Below, piece by piece: positions 12,727-25,500 of a stretch of 64,000 bases of DNA. How positions within the stretch are numbered: the first letter of the stretch is position 1; every line of letters begins with the position of its first letter. The stretch covers positions 1 through 64,000 of the forward strand of contig JAUCBJ010002551.1 in the NCBI GenBank assembly GCA_032718475.1, given 5' to 3'. Position numbers and translations under genes: made by a program. The notes below the pieces were generated by a model. That model saw only the letters and a list, made by a program, of their open reading frames with translations, made no database searches and was not told the origin of the DNA. This DNA is from Nemertoderma westbladi. Its lineage: Eukaryota; Animalia; Xenacoelomorpha.

Positions 12727-13465
12727 ATGGCGAATCTAATTGTATTTATGTGGGGGGAATTATTTGTAGTTATGCACTAAATATGTCCTTGCCTTGGCGA
12801 TTTGGTAGTGCGAAATTAATTCCACACAAATAAATAAAATATTTATCCAATCAAGGATCTAGGAAGTTCATTATGTTAATTTAGCATTATTTATTCTATA
12901 GATCAGTAATAAGTACGTTGGTACTGTAATTATTAATTAAATTATAATTAAAATGTTTAATAAACATATATTTTGTTCCAGTAGATAGATTAAACTGACT
13001 TTTTGTGTTTAATTATATTCGCTGACAAAGTTATAGCTACTATATAGTGTACAGTAGGTGTAACTAGTATTATTTAAATAAACACTAGCACAAAATTCAC
13101 CTCAAATTAAATTTGCAACAACTTTGTTACGGTAAACTTCTAATTAAAAACTGAATATTTTAAAGAAAACAACATCTTCTACAAAAGGACGAATTTTTTT
13201 GTCCTCCTTATTATCCGCATTTCCTCGAAATAATAAAAGCATTTTTTTCCTCGGCCTCGAAAAAAATTTGCTTTTACTATTCCTCGAGAATTAGTATTAC
13301 AATGTCGAAAAAATTTTACTTTTATTTCTTTTTTTGTAAAATAAATAGTTATTGTTGAATTTTATTCAACTCCACAATTTAGCAGAATCGTTATTTGTTA
13401 ATTTCGAAAATTATTTATATAAAATTATTTGTATTGATAAAGTGTTTTATGGTTTCCATTTTCAG

Positions 13466-13553
13466 AAATCGTGGCGTCACAGTAGTAGTCGGGGAGCATC
13501 ACCTTGACAACAACGAAGGAAATGAGGAATCTATCAATGTCAACGAGGCACAG
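13466..13553 (+). CDS. S1 serine protease exon 3
   Basis: TTTTCAG acceptor; (P)NRGVTVVVGEHHLDNNEGNEESINVNEAQ; phase-0 CAG|GTAAGT donor. Phases match exons 2 and 4. Confidence 0.92.
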
Positions 13554-16500
13554 GTAAGTAAGGAGTACGAGATGAACTTCAGTTAGTGAGTGGAACCAAA
13601 GTGGAGCGGAGTAAGTAAGGAGTATGAGATGAACTTCAGTTAGTGAGTGGAACCAACGTGGAGCGGAGTAAGAGATGAACTTCAGTTAGTGAGTGGAACC
13701 AACGTGGAGCGGATTAAGTTAGTAGTACGAGATGAACTTCAGTTAGTGTGTGGAACCAACGTGGAGCGGAGTAATTAAGGAGTACGAGATGAACTTCAGT
13801 TAGTGAGTGGAACCAACGTGGAGCGGAATAAGTAAGGAGTACGAGATGAACTTCAGTTAGTGAGTGGAACCAAAGTGGAGCGGAGTAAGTAAGGAGTATG
13901 AGATGAACTTCAGTTAGTGAGTGGAACCAACGTGGAGCGGAGTACGAGATGAACTTCAGTTAGTGAGTGGAACCAACGTGGAGCGGATTAAGTTAGTAGT
14001 ACGAGATGAACTTCAGTTAGTGTGTGGAACCAACGTGGAGCGGAGTAATTAAGGAGTACGAGATGAACTTCAGTTAGTGAGTGGAACCAACGTGGAGCGG
14101 AATAAGTAAGGAGTACGAGATGAACTTCAGTTAGTGAGTGGAACCAACGTGGAGCGGAGTAAGTAAGGAGTATGAGATGAACTTCAGTTAGTGAGTGGAA
14201 CCAACGTGGACCGGAGTAAGTAAGGAGTACGAGATGAACTTCAGTTAGTGAGTGGAACCAACGTGGAGCGGAGTAAGTAAGGAGTACGAGATGAACTTCA
14301 GTTAGTGAGTGGAACTAACGTGGAGCGGAGTAAGTAAGGAGTACGAGATGAACTTCAGTTAGTGAGTGGAACCAACGTGGAGCGGAGTAAGTAAGGAGTA
14401 CGAGATGAACTTCAGTTAGTGAGTGGAACCAACGTGGAGCGGAGTAAGTAAGGAGTACGAGATGAACCTCAGTTAGTGAGTGGAACCAACGTGGAGTGGA
14501 GTAAGTAAGGAGTACGAGATGAACTTCAGTTAGTGAGTGGAACCAACGTGGAGCGGAGTATTTAAGGAGTACGAGATGAACTTCAGTTAGTGAGTGGAAC
14601 TAACGTGGAGCGGAGTAAGTTATGAGTACGAGATGAACTTCAGTTAGTGAGTGGAACCAACGTGGAGCGGAGTAAGTAAGGAGTACGAGATGAACTTCAG
14701 TTAGTGAGTGGAACCAACGTGGAGCGGAGTATTTAAGGAGTACGAGATGAACTTCAGTTAGTGAGTGGAACTAACGTGGAGCGGAGTAAGTTATGAGTAC
14801 GAGATGAACTTCAGTTAGTGAGTGGAACCAAAGTGGAGCGGAGTAAGTAAGGAGTACGAGATGAACTTCAGTTAGTGAGTGGAACTAACGTGGAGCGGAG
14901 TAAGTAAGGAGTATGAGATGAACTTCAGTTAGTGAGTGGAACCAACGTGGAGCGGAGTATTTAAGGAGTACGAGATGAACTTCAGTTAGTGAGTGGAACC
15001 AACGTGGAGCGGAGTAAGTAAAGAGTACGAGATGAACTTCAGTTAGTGAGTGGAACTAACGTGGAGCGGAGTAAGTAAGGAGTACGAGATGAACTTCAGT
15101 TAGTGAGTGGAACCAACGTGGAGCGGAGTATTTAAGGAGTACGAGATGAACTTCAGTTAGTGAGTGGAACTAACGTGGAGCGGAGTAAGTTATGAGTACG
15201 AGATGAACTTCAGTTAGTGAGTGGAACCAACGTGGAGCGGAGTAAGTTAGGAGTACGAGATGAAATTCAGTTAGTGAGTGGAACCAAAGTGGAGCGGAGT
15301 AAGTTAGGAGTAAGAGATGAAATTCAGTTAGTGAGTGGAACCAAAGTGGAGCGGAGTAAGTAAGGAGTATGAGATGAACTTCAGTTAGTGAGTGGAACCA
15401 AAGTGGAGCGGAGTAAGTTAGGAGTACGAGATGAAATTCAGTTAGTGAGTGGAACCAAAGTGGAGCGGAGTAAGTAAGGAGTATGAGATGAACTTCAGTT
15501 AGTGAGTGGAACCAACGTGGAGCGGAGTATTTAAGGAGTACGAGATGAACTTCAGTTAGTGAGTGGAACTAACGTGGAGCGGAGTAAAGTAAGGAGTACG
15601 AGATGAACTTCAGTTAGTGAGTGGAACCAACGTGGAGCGGAGTATTTAAGGAGTACGAGATGAACTTCAGTTAGTGAGTGGAACTAACGTGGAGCGGAGT
15701 AAGTTATGAGTACGAGATGAACTTCAGTTAGTGAGTGGAACCAACGTGGAGCGGAGTAAGTAAGGAGTACGAGATGAACTTCAGTTAGTGAGTGGAACCA
15801 ACGTGGAGCGGAGTATTTAAGGAGTACGAGATGAACTTCAGTTAGTGAGTGGAACTAACGTGGAGCGGAGTAAGTTATGAGTACGAGATGAACTTCAGTT
15901 AGTGAGTGGAACCAAAGTGGAGCGGAGTAAGTAAGGAGTACGAGATGAACTTCAGTTAGTGAGTGGAACTAACGTGGAGCGGAGTAAGTAAGGAGTACGA
16001 GATGAACTTCAGTTAGTGAGTGGAACCAACGTGGAGCGGATTAAGTTAGGAGTACGAGATGAACTTCAGTTAGTGAGTGGAACCAACGTGGAGCGGAGTA
16101 AGTAAGGAGTACGAGATGAACTTCAGTTAGTGAGTGGAACCAACGTGGAGCGGAGTAAGTTATGAGTACAAGATGAACTTCAGTTAGTGAGTGGAACCAA
16201 AGTGGAGCGGAGTAAGTAAGGAGTACGAGATGAACTTCAGTTAGTGAGTGGAACCAACGTGGAGCGGAGTATTTAAGGAGTACGAGATGAACTTCAGTTA
16301 GTGAGTGGAACTAACGTGGAGCGGAGTAAGTTATGAGTACGAGATGAACTTCAGTTAGTGAGTGGAACCAACGTGGAGCGGAGTAAGTAAGGAGTACGAG
16401 ATGAACTTCAGTTAGTGAGTGGAACCAACGTGGAGCGGAGTAAGTAAGGAGTACGAGATGAACTTCAGTTAGTGAGTGGAACCAACGTGGAGCGGAGTAA

Positions 16501-19500
16501 GAGATGAACTTCAGTTAGTGAGTGGAACCAACGTGGAGCGGAGTAAGTTAGTAGTACGAGATGAACTTCAGTTAGTGAGTGGAACCAACGTGGAGCGGAG
16601 TAAGAGATGAACTTCAGTTAGTGAGTGGAACCAACGTGGAGCGGAGTAAGTTATGAGTACGAGATGAACTTCAGTTAGTGAGTGGAACCAACGTGGAGCG
16701 GAGTAAGTAAGGAGTACGAGATGAACTTCAGTTAGTGAGTGGAACCAACGTGGAGCGGAGTAAGTAAGGAGTACGAGATGAACTTCAGTTAGTGAGTGGA
16801 ACCAACGTGGACCGGAGTAATTAAGGAGTACGAGATGAACTTCAGTTAGTGAGTGGAACCAACGTGGAGCGGAGTAAGTAAGGAGTACGAGATGAACTTC
16901 AGTTAGTGAGTGGAACCAACGTTGAGCGGAGTAAGTAAGGAGTACGAGATAAACTTCAGTTAGTGAGTGGAACAAACGTGGAGCGGAGTAAGTAAGGAGT
17001 ATGAGATGAACTTCAGTTAGTGAGTGGAACCAACGTGGAGCGGAGTAAGTAAGGAGTACGAGATGAACTTCAGTTAGTGAGTGGAACAAACGTGGAGCGG
17101 AGTAAGTAAGGAGTATGAGATGAACTTCAGTTAGTGAGTGGAACCAACGTGGAGCGGAGTAAGTAAGGAGACGAGATGAACTTCAGTTAGTGAGTGGAAC
17201 CAACGTGGAGCGGAGTAAGTAAGGAGTACGAGATGAACTTCAGTTAGTGAGTGGAACCAAAGTGGAGCGGAGTAAGTAAGGAGTACGAGATGAACTTCAG
17301 TTAGTGAGTGGAACCAACGTGGAGCGGAGTATTTAAGGAGTACGAGATGAACTTCAGTTAGTGAGTGGAACCAAAGTGGAGCGGAGTAAGTAAGGAGTAT
17401 GAGATGAACTTCAGTTAGTGAGTGGAACCAACGTAGAGCGGAGTAAGTAAGGAGTACGAGATGAACTTCAGTTAGTGAGTGGAACCAACGTGGAGCGGAG
17501 TAAGTAAGGAGTACGAGATGAACTTCAGTTAGTGAGTGGAACCAACGTGGAGCGGAGTAAGTAAGGAGTACGAGATGAACTTCAGTTAGTGAGTGGAACC
17601 AACGTGGAGCGGAGTAAGAGATGAACTTCAGTTAGTGAGTGGAACCAACGTGGAGCGGAGTAAGTTAGTAGTACGAGATGAACTTCAGTTAGTGAGTGGA
17701 ACCAACGTGGAGCGGAGTAAGAGATGAACTTCAGTTAGTGAGTGGAACCAACGTGGAGCGGAGTAAGTTATGAGTACGAGATGAACTTCAGTTAGTGAGT
17801 GGAACCAACGTGGAGCGGAGTAAGTAAGGAGTACGAGATGAACTTCAGTTAGTGAGTGGAACCAACGTGGAGCGGAGTAAGTAAGGAGTACGAGATGAAC
17901 TTCAGTTAGTGAGTGGAACCAACGTTGAGCGGAGTAAGTAAGGAGTACGAGATGAACTTCAGTTAGTGAGTGGAACAAACGTGGAGCGGAGTAAGTAAGG
18001 AGTATGAGATGAACTTCAGTTAGTGAGTGGAACCAACGTGGAGCGGAGTAAGTAAGGAGTACGAGATGAACTTCAGTTAGTGAGTGGAACCAACGTTGAG
18101 CGGAGTAAGTAAGGAGTACGAGATAAACTTCAGTTAGTGAGTGGAACAAACGTGGAGCGGAGTAAGTAAGGAGTATGAGATGAACTTCAGTTAGTGAGTG
18201 GAACCAACGTGGAGCGGAGTAAGTAAGGAGTACGAGATGAACTTCAGTTAGTGAGTGGAACAAACGTGGAGCGGAGTAAGTAAGGAGTATGAGATGAACT
18301 TCAGTTAGTGAGTGGAACCAACGTGGAGCGGAGTAAGTAAGGAGTACGAGATGAACTTCAGTTAGTGAGTGGAACCAACGTGGAGCGGAGTAAGAGATGA
18401 ACTTCAGTTAGTGAGTGGAACCAACGTGGAGCGGAGTAAGTTATGAGTACGAGATGAACTTCAGTTAGTGAGTGGAACCAACGTGGAGCGGAGTAAGTAA
18501 GGAGTACGAGATGAACTTCAGTTAGTGAGTGGAACCAACGTGGAGCGGAGTAAGAGATGAACTTCAGTTAGTGAGTGGAACCAACGTGGAGCGGAGTAAG
18601 TTAGTAGTACGAGATGAACTTCAGTTAGTGAGTGGAACCAACGTGGAGCGGAGTAAGAGATGAACTTCAGTTAGTGAGTGGAACCAACGTGGAGCGGAGT
18701 AAGTTATGAGTACGAGATGAACTTCAGTTAGTGAGTGGAACCAACGTGGAGCGGAGTAAGTAAGGAGTACGAGATGAACTTCAGTTAGTGAGTGGAACCA
18801 ACGTGGAGCGGAGTAAGTAAGGAGTACGAGATGAACTTCAGTTAGTGAGTGGAACCAACGTTGAGCGGAGTAAGTAAGGAGTACGAGATGAACTTCAGTT
18901 AGTGAGTGGAACAAACGTGGAGCGGAGTAAATAAGGAGTATGAGATGAACTTCAGTTAGTGAGTGGAACCAACGTGGAGCGGAGTAAGTAAGGAGTACGA
19001 GATGAACTTCAGTTAGTGAGTGGAACCAACGTTGAGCGGAGTAAGTAAGGAGTACGAGATGAACTTCAGTTAGTGAGTGGAACCAACGTGGAGCGGAGTA
19101 AGTAAGGAGTACGAGATGAACTTCAGTTAGTGAGTGGAACCAACGTGGAGCGGAGTAAGTAAGGAGTACGAGATGAACTTCAGTTAGTGAGTGGAACCAA
19201 CGTGGAGCGGAGTAAGTAAGGAGTATGAGATGAACTTCAGTAACCAACGTGGAGCGGAGTAAGTAAGGAGTACGAGATGAACTTCAGTTAGTGAGTGGAA
19301 CCAACGTGGAGCGGAGTAAGTAAGGAGTACGAGATGAACTTCAGTTAGTGAGTGGAACCAGTGGAGCGGAGTAAGTAAGGAGTACGAGATGAACTTCAGT
19401 TAGTGAGTGGAACCAACGTGGAGCGGAGTAAGTAAGGAGTACGAGATGAACTTCAGTTAGTGAGTGGAACCAACGTGGAGCGGAGTAAGTAAGGAGTACG

Positions 19501-22500
19501 AGATGAACTTCAGTTAGTGAGTGGAACCAACGTGGAGCGGAGTAAGTAAGGAGTACGAGATGAACTTCAGTTAGTGAGTGGAACCAACGTGGAGCGGAGT
19601 AAGTTATGAGTACAAGATGAACTTCAGTTAGTGAGTGGAACCAAAGTGGAGCGGAGTAAGTAAGGAGTACGAGATGAACTTCAGTTAGTGAGTGGAACCA
19701 ACGTGGAGCGGAGTATTTAAGGAGTACGAGATGAACTTCAGTTAGTGAGTGGAACTAACGTGGAGCGGAGTAAGTTATGAGTACGAGATGAACTTCAGTT
19801 AGTGAGTGGAACCAACGTGGAGCGGAGTAAGTAAGGAGTACGAGATGAACTTCAGTTAGTGAGTGGAACCAACGTGGAGCGGAGTAAGTAAGGAGTACGA
19901 GATGAACTTCAGTTAGTGAGTGGAACCAACGTGGAGCGGAGTAAGAGATGAACTTCAGTTAGTGAGTGGAACCAACGTGGAGCGGAGTAAGTTAGTAGTA
20001 CGAGATGAACTTCAGTTAGTGAGTGGAACCAACGTGGAGCGGAGTAAGAGATGAACTTCAGTTAGTGAGTGGAACCAACGTGGAGCGGAGTAAGTTATGA
20101 GTACGAGATGAACTTCAGTTAGTGAGTGGAACCAACGTGGAGCGGAGTAAGTAAGGAGTACGAGATGAACTTCAGTTAGTGAGTGGAACCAACGTGGAGC
20201 GGAGTAAGTAAGGAGTACGAGATGAACTTCAGTTAGTGAGTGGAACCAACGTGGACCGGAGTAATTAAGGAGTACGAGATGAACTTCAGTTAGTGAGTGG
20301 AACCAACGTGGAGCGGAGTAAGTAAGGAGTACGAGATGAACTTCAGTTAGTGAGTGGAACCAACGTTGAGCGGAGTAAGTAAGGAGTACGAGATAAACTT
20401 CAGTTAGTGAGTGGAACAAACGTGGAGCGGAGTAAGTAAGGAGTATGAGATGAACTTCAGTTAGTGAGTGGAACCAACGTGGAGCGGAGTAAGTAAGGAG
20501 TACGAGATGAACTTCAGTTAGTGAGTGGAACAAACGTGGAGCGGAGTAAGTAAGGAGTATGAGATGAACTTCAGTTAGTGAGTGGAACCAACGTGGAGCG
20601 GAGTAAGTAAGGAGACGAGATGAACTTCAGTTAGTGAGTGGAACCAACGTGGAGCGGAGTAAGTAAGGAGTACGAGATGAACTTCAGTTAGTGAGTGGAA
20701 CCAAAGTGGAGCGGAGTAAGTAAGGAGTACGAGATGAACTTCAGTTAGTGAGTGGAACCAACGTGGAGCGGAGTATTTAAGGAGTACGAGATGAACTTCA
20801 GTTAGTGAGTGGAACCAAAGTGGAGCGGAGTAAGTAAGGAGTATGAGATGAACTTCAGTTAGTGAGTGGAACCAACGTAGAGCGGAGTAAGTAAGGAGTA
20901 CGAGATGAACTTCAGTTAGTGAGTGGAACCAACGTGGAGCGGAGTAAGTAAGGAGTACGAGATGAACTTCAGTTAGTGAGTGGAACCAACGTGGAGCGGA
21001 GTAAGTAAGGAGTACGAGATGAACTTCAGTTAGTGAGTGGAACCAACGTGGAGCGGAGTAAGAGATGAACTTCAGTTAGTGAGTGGAACCAACGTGGAGC
21101 GGAGTAAGTTAGTAGTACGAGATGAACTTCAGTTAGTGAGTGGAACCAACGTGGAGCGGAGTAAGAGATGAACTTCAGTTAGTGAGTGGAACCAACGTGG
21201 AGCGGAGTAAGTTATGAGTACGAGATGAACTTCAGTTAGTGAGTGGAACCAACGTGGAGCGGAGTAAGTAAGGAGTACGAGATGAACTTCAGTTAGTGAG
21301 TGGAACCAACGTGGAGCGGAGTAAGTAAGGAGTACGAGATGAACTTCAGTTAGTGAGTGGAACCAACGTTGAGCGGAGTAAGTAAGGAGTACGAGATGAA
21401 CTTCAGTTAGTGAGTGGAACAAACGTGGAGCGGAGTAAGTAAGGAGTATGAGATGAACTTCAGTTAGTGAGTGGAACCAACGTGGAGCGGAGTAAGTAAG
21501 GAGTACGAGATGAACTTCAGTTAGTGAGTGGAACCAACGTTGAGCGGAGTAAGTAAGGAGTACGAGATAAACTTCAGTTAGTGAGTGGAACAAACGTGGA
21601 GCGGAGTAAGTAAGGAGTATGAGATGAACTTCAGTTAGTGAGTGGAACCAACGTGGAGCGGAGTAAGTAAGGAGTACGAGATGAACTTCAGTTAGTGAGT
21701 GGAACAAACGTGGAGCGGAGTAAGTAAGGAGTATGAGATGAACTTCAGTTAGTGAGTGGAACCAACGTGGAGCGGAGTAAGTAAGGAGTACGAGATGAAC
21801 TTCAGTTAGTGAGTGGAACCAACGTGGAGCGGAGTAAGAGATGAACTTCAGTTAGTGAGTGGAACCAACGTGGAGCGGAGTAAGTTATGAGTACGAGATG
21901 AACTTCAGTTAGTGAGTGGAACCAACGTGGAGCGGAGTAAGTAAGGAGTACGAGATGAACTTCAGTTAGTGAGTGGAACCAACGTGGAGCGGAGTAAGAG
22001 ATGAACTTCAGTTAGTGAGTGGAACCAACGTGGAGCGGAGTAAGTTAGTAGTACGAGATGAACTTCAGTTAGTGAGTGGAACCAACGTGGAGCGGAGTAA
22101 GAGATGAACTTCAGTTAGTGAGTGGAACCAACGTGGAGCGGAGTAAGTTATGAGTACGAGATGAACTTCAGTTAGTGAGTGGAACCAACGTGGAGCGGAG
22201 TAAGTAAGGAGTACGAGATGAACTTCAGTTAGTGAGTGGAACCAACGTGGAGCGGAGTAAGTAAGGAGTACGAGATGAACTTCAGTTAGTGAGTGGAACC
22301 AACGTGGAGCGGAGTAAGTAAGGAGTACGAGATGAACTTCAGTTAGTGAGTGGAACAAACGTGGAGCGGAGTAAGTAAGGAGTATGAGATGAACTTCAGT
22401 TAGTGAGTGGAACCAACGTGGAGCGGAGTAAGTAAGGAGTACGAGATGAACTTCAGTTAGTGAGTGGAACCAACGTTGAGCGGAGTAAGTAAGGAGTACG

Positions 22501-25500
22501 AGATGAACTTCAGTTAGTGAGTGGAACAAACGTGGAGCGGAGTAAGTAAGGAGTATGAGATGAACTTCAGTTAGTGAGTGGAACCAACGTGGAGCGGAGT
22601 AAGTAAGGAGTACGAGATGAACTTCAGTTAGTGAGTGGAACAAACGTGGAGCGGAGTAAGTAAGGAGTATGAGATGAACTTCAGTTAGTGAGTGGAACCA
22701 ACGTGGAGCGGAGTAAGTAAGGAGTACGAGATGAACTTCAGTTAGTGAGTGGAACCAACGTGGAGCGGAGTAAGTTAGGAGTACGAGATGAACTTCAGTT
22801 AGTGAGTGGAACCAACGTGGAGCGGAGTAAGTAAGGAGTACGAGATGAACTTCAGTTAGTGAGTGGAACCAACGTGGAGCGGAGTAAGTAAGGAGTACGA
22901 GATGAACTTCAGTTAGTGAGTGGAACCAACGTTGAGCGGAGTAAGTAAGGAGTACGAGATGAACTTCAGTTAGTGAGTGGAACCAACGTGGAGCGGAGTA
23001 AGTAAGGAGTACGAGATGAACTTCAGTTAGTGAGTGGAACCAACGTGGAGCGGAGTAAGTAAGGAGTACGAGATGAACTTCAGTTAGTGAGTGGAACCAA
23101 CGTGGAGCGGAGTAAGTAAGGAGTACGAGATGAACTTCAGTTAGTGAGTGGAACCAACGTGGAGCGGAGTAAGTAAGGAGTACGAGATGAACTTCAGTTA
23201 GTGAGTGGAACCAACGTGGAGCGGAGTAAGTAAGGAGTACGAGATGAACTTCAGTTAGTGAGTGGAACCAACGTGGACCGGAGTAAGTAAGGAGTACGAG
23301 ATGAACTTCAGTTAGTGAGTGGAACCAACGTGGACCGGAGTAAGTAAGGAGTATGAGATGAACTTCAGTTAGTGAGTGGAACCAACGTGGAGCGGAGTAA
23401 GTAAGGAGACGAGATGAACTTCAGTTAGTGAGTGGAACCAACGTGGAGCGGAGTAAGTAAGGAGTACGAGATGAACTTCAGTTAGTGAGTGGAACCAAAG
23501 TGGAGCGGAGTAAGTAAGGAGTACGAGATGAACTTCAGTTAGTGAGTGGAACCAACGTGGAGCGGAGTATTTAAGGAGTACGAGATGAACTTCAGTTAGT
23601 GAGTGGAACCAAAGTGGAGCGGAGTAAGTAAGGAGTATGAGATGAACTTCAGTTAGTGAGTGGAACCAACGTAGAGCGGAGTAAGTAAGGAGTACGAGAT
23701 GAACTTCAGTTAGTGAGTGGAACCAACGTGGAGCGGAGTAAGTAAGGAGTACGAGATGAACTTCAGTTAGTGAGTGGAACCAACGTGGAGCGGAGTAAGT
23801 AAGGAGTACGAGATGAACTTCAGTTAGTGAGTGGAACCAACGTGGAGCGGAGTAAGAGATGAACTTCAGTTAGTGAGTGGAACCAACGTGGAGCGGAGTA
23901 AGTTAGTAGTACGAGATGAACTTCAGTTAGTGAGTGGAACCAACGTGGAGCGGAGTAAGAGATGAACTTCAGTTAGTGAGTGGAACCAACGTGGAGCGGA
24001 GTAAGTTATGAGTACGAGATGAACTTCAGTTAGTGAGTGGAACCAACGTGGAGCGGAGTAAGTAAGGAGTACGAGATGAACTTCAGTTAGTGAGTGGAAC
24101 CAACGTGGAGCGGAGTAAGTAAGGAGTACGAGATGAACTTCAGTTAGTGAGTGGAACCAACGTTGAGCGGAGTAAGTAAGGAGTACGAGATGAACTTCAG
24201 TTAGTGAGTGGAACAAACGTGGAGCGGAGTAAGTAAGGAGTATGAGATGAACTTCAGTTAGTGAGTGGAACCAACGTGGAGCGGAGTAAGTAAGGAGTAC
24301 GAGATGAACTTCAGTTAGTGAGTGGAACCAACGTTGAGCGGAGTAAGTAAGGAGTACGAGATAAACTTCAGTTAGTGAGTGGAACAAACGTGGAGCGGAG
24401 TAAGTAAGGAGTATGAGATGAACTTCAGTTAGTGAGTGGAACCAACGTGGAGCGGAGTAAGTAAGGAGTACGAGATGAACTTCAGTTAGTGAGTGGAACA
24501 AACGTGGAGCGGAGTAAGTAAGGAGTATGAGATGAACTTCAGTTAGTGAGTGGAACCAACGTGGAGCGGAGTAAGTAAGGAGTACGAGATGAACTTCAGT
24601 TAGTGAGTGGAACCAACGTGGAGCGGAGTAAGAGATGAACTTCAGTTAGTGAGTGGAACCAACGTGGAGCGGAGTAAGTTATGAGTACGAGATGAACTTC
24701 AGTTAGTGAGTGGAACCAACGTGGAGCGGAGTAAGTAAGGAGTACGAGATGAACTTCAGTTAGTGAGTGGAACCAACGTGGAGCGGAGTAAGTAGTAAGG
24801 AGTACGAGATGAACTTCAGTTAGTGAGTGGAACCAACGTTGAGCGGAGTAAGTAAGGAGTACGAGATGAACTTCAGTTAGTGAGTGGAACAAACGTGGAG
24901 CGGAGTAAGTAAGGAGTATGAGATGAACTTCAGTTAGTGAGTGGAACCAACGTGGAGCGGAGTAAGTAAGGAGTACGAGATGAACTTCAGTTAGTGAGTG
25001 GAACCAACGTGGAGCGGAGTAAGTAAGGAGTACGAGATGAACTTCAGATAGTGAGTGGAACCAACGTGGAGCGGAGTAAGTAAGGAGTACGAGATGAACT
25101 TCAGTTAGTGAGTGGAACCAACGTGGAGCGGAGTAAGTAAGGAGTACGAGATGAACTTCAGTTAGTGAGTGGAACCAACGTGGACCGGAGTAAGTAAGGA
25201 GTACGAGATGAACTTCAGTTAGTGAGTGGAACCAACGTGGACCGGAGTAAGTAAGGAGTATGAGATGAACTTCAGTTAGTGAGTGGAACCAACGTGGAGC
25301 GGAGTAAGTAAGGAGACGAGATGAACTTCAGTTAGTGAGTGGAACCAACGTGGAGCGGAGTAAGTAAGGAGTACGAGATGAACTTTAGTTAGTGAGTGGA
25401 ACCAAAGTGGAGCGGAGTAAGTAAGGAGTACGAGATGAACTTCAGTTAGTGAGTGGAACCAACGTGGAGCGGAGTAAGAGATGAACTTCAGTTAGTGAGT

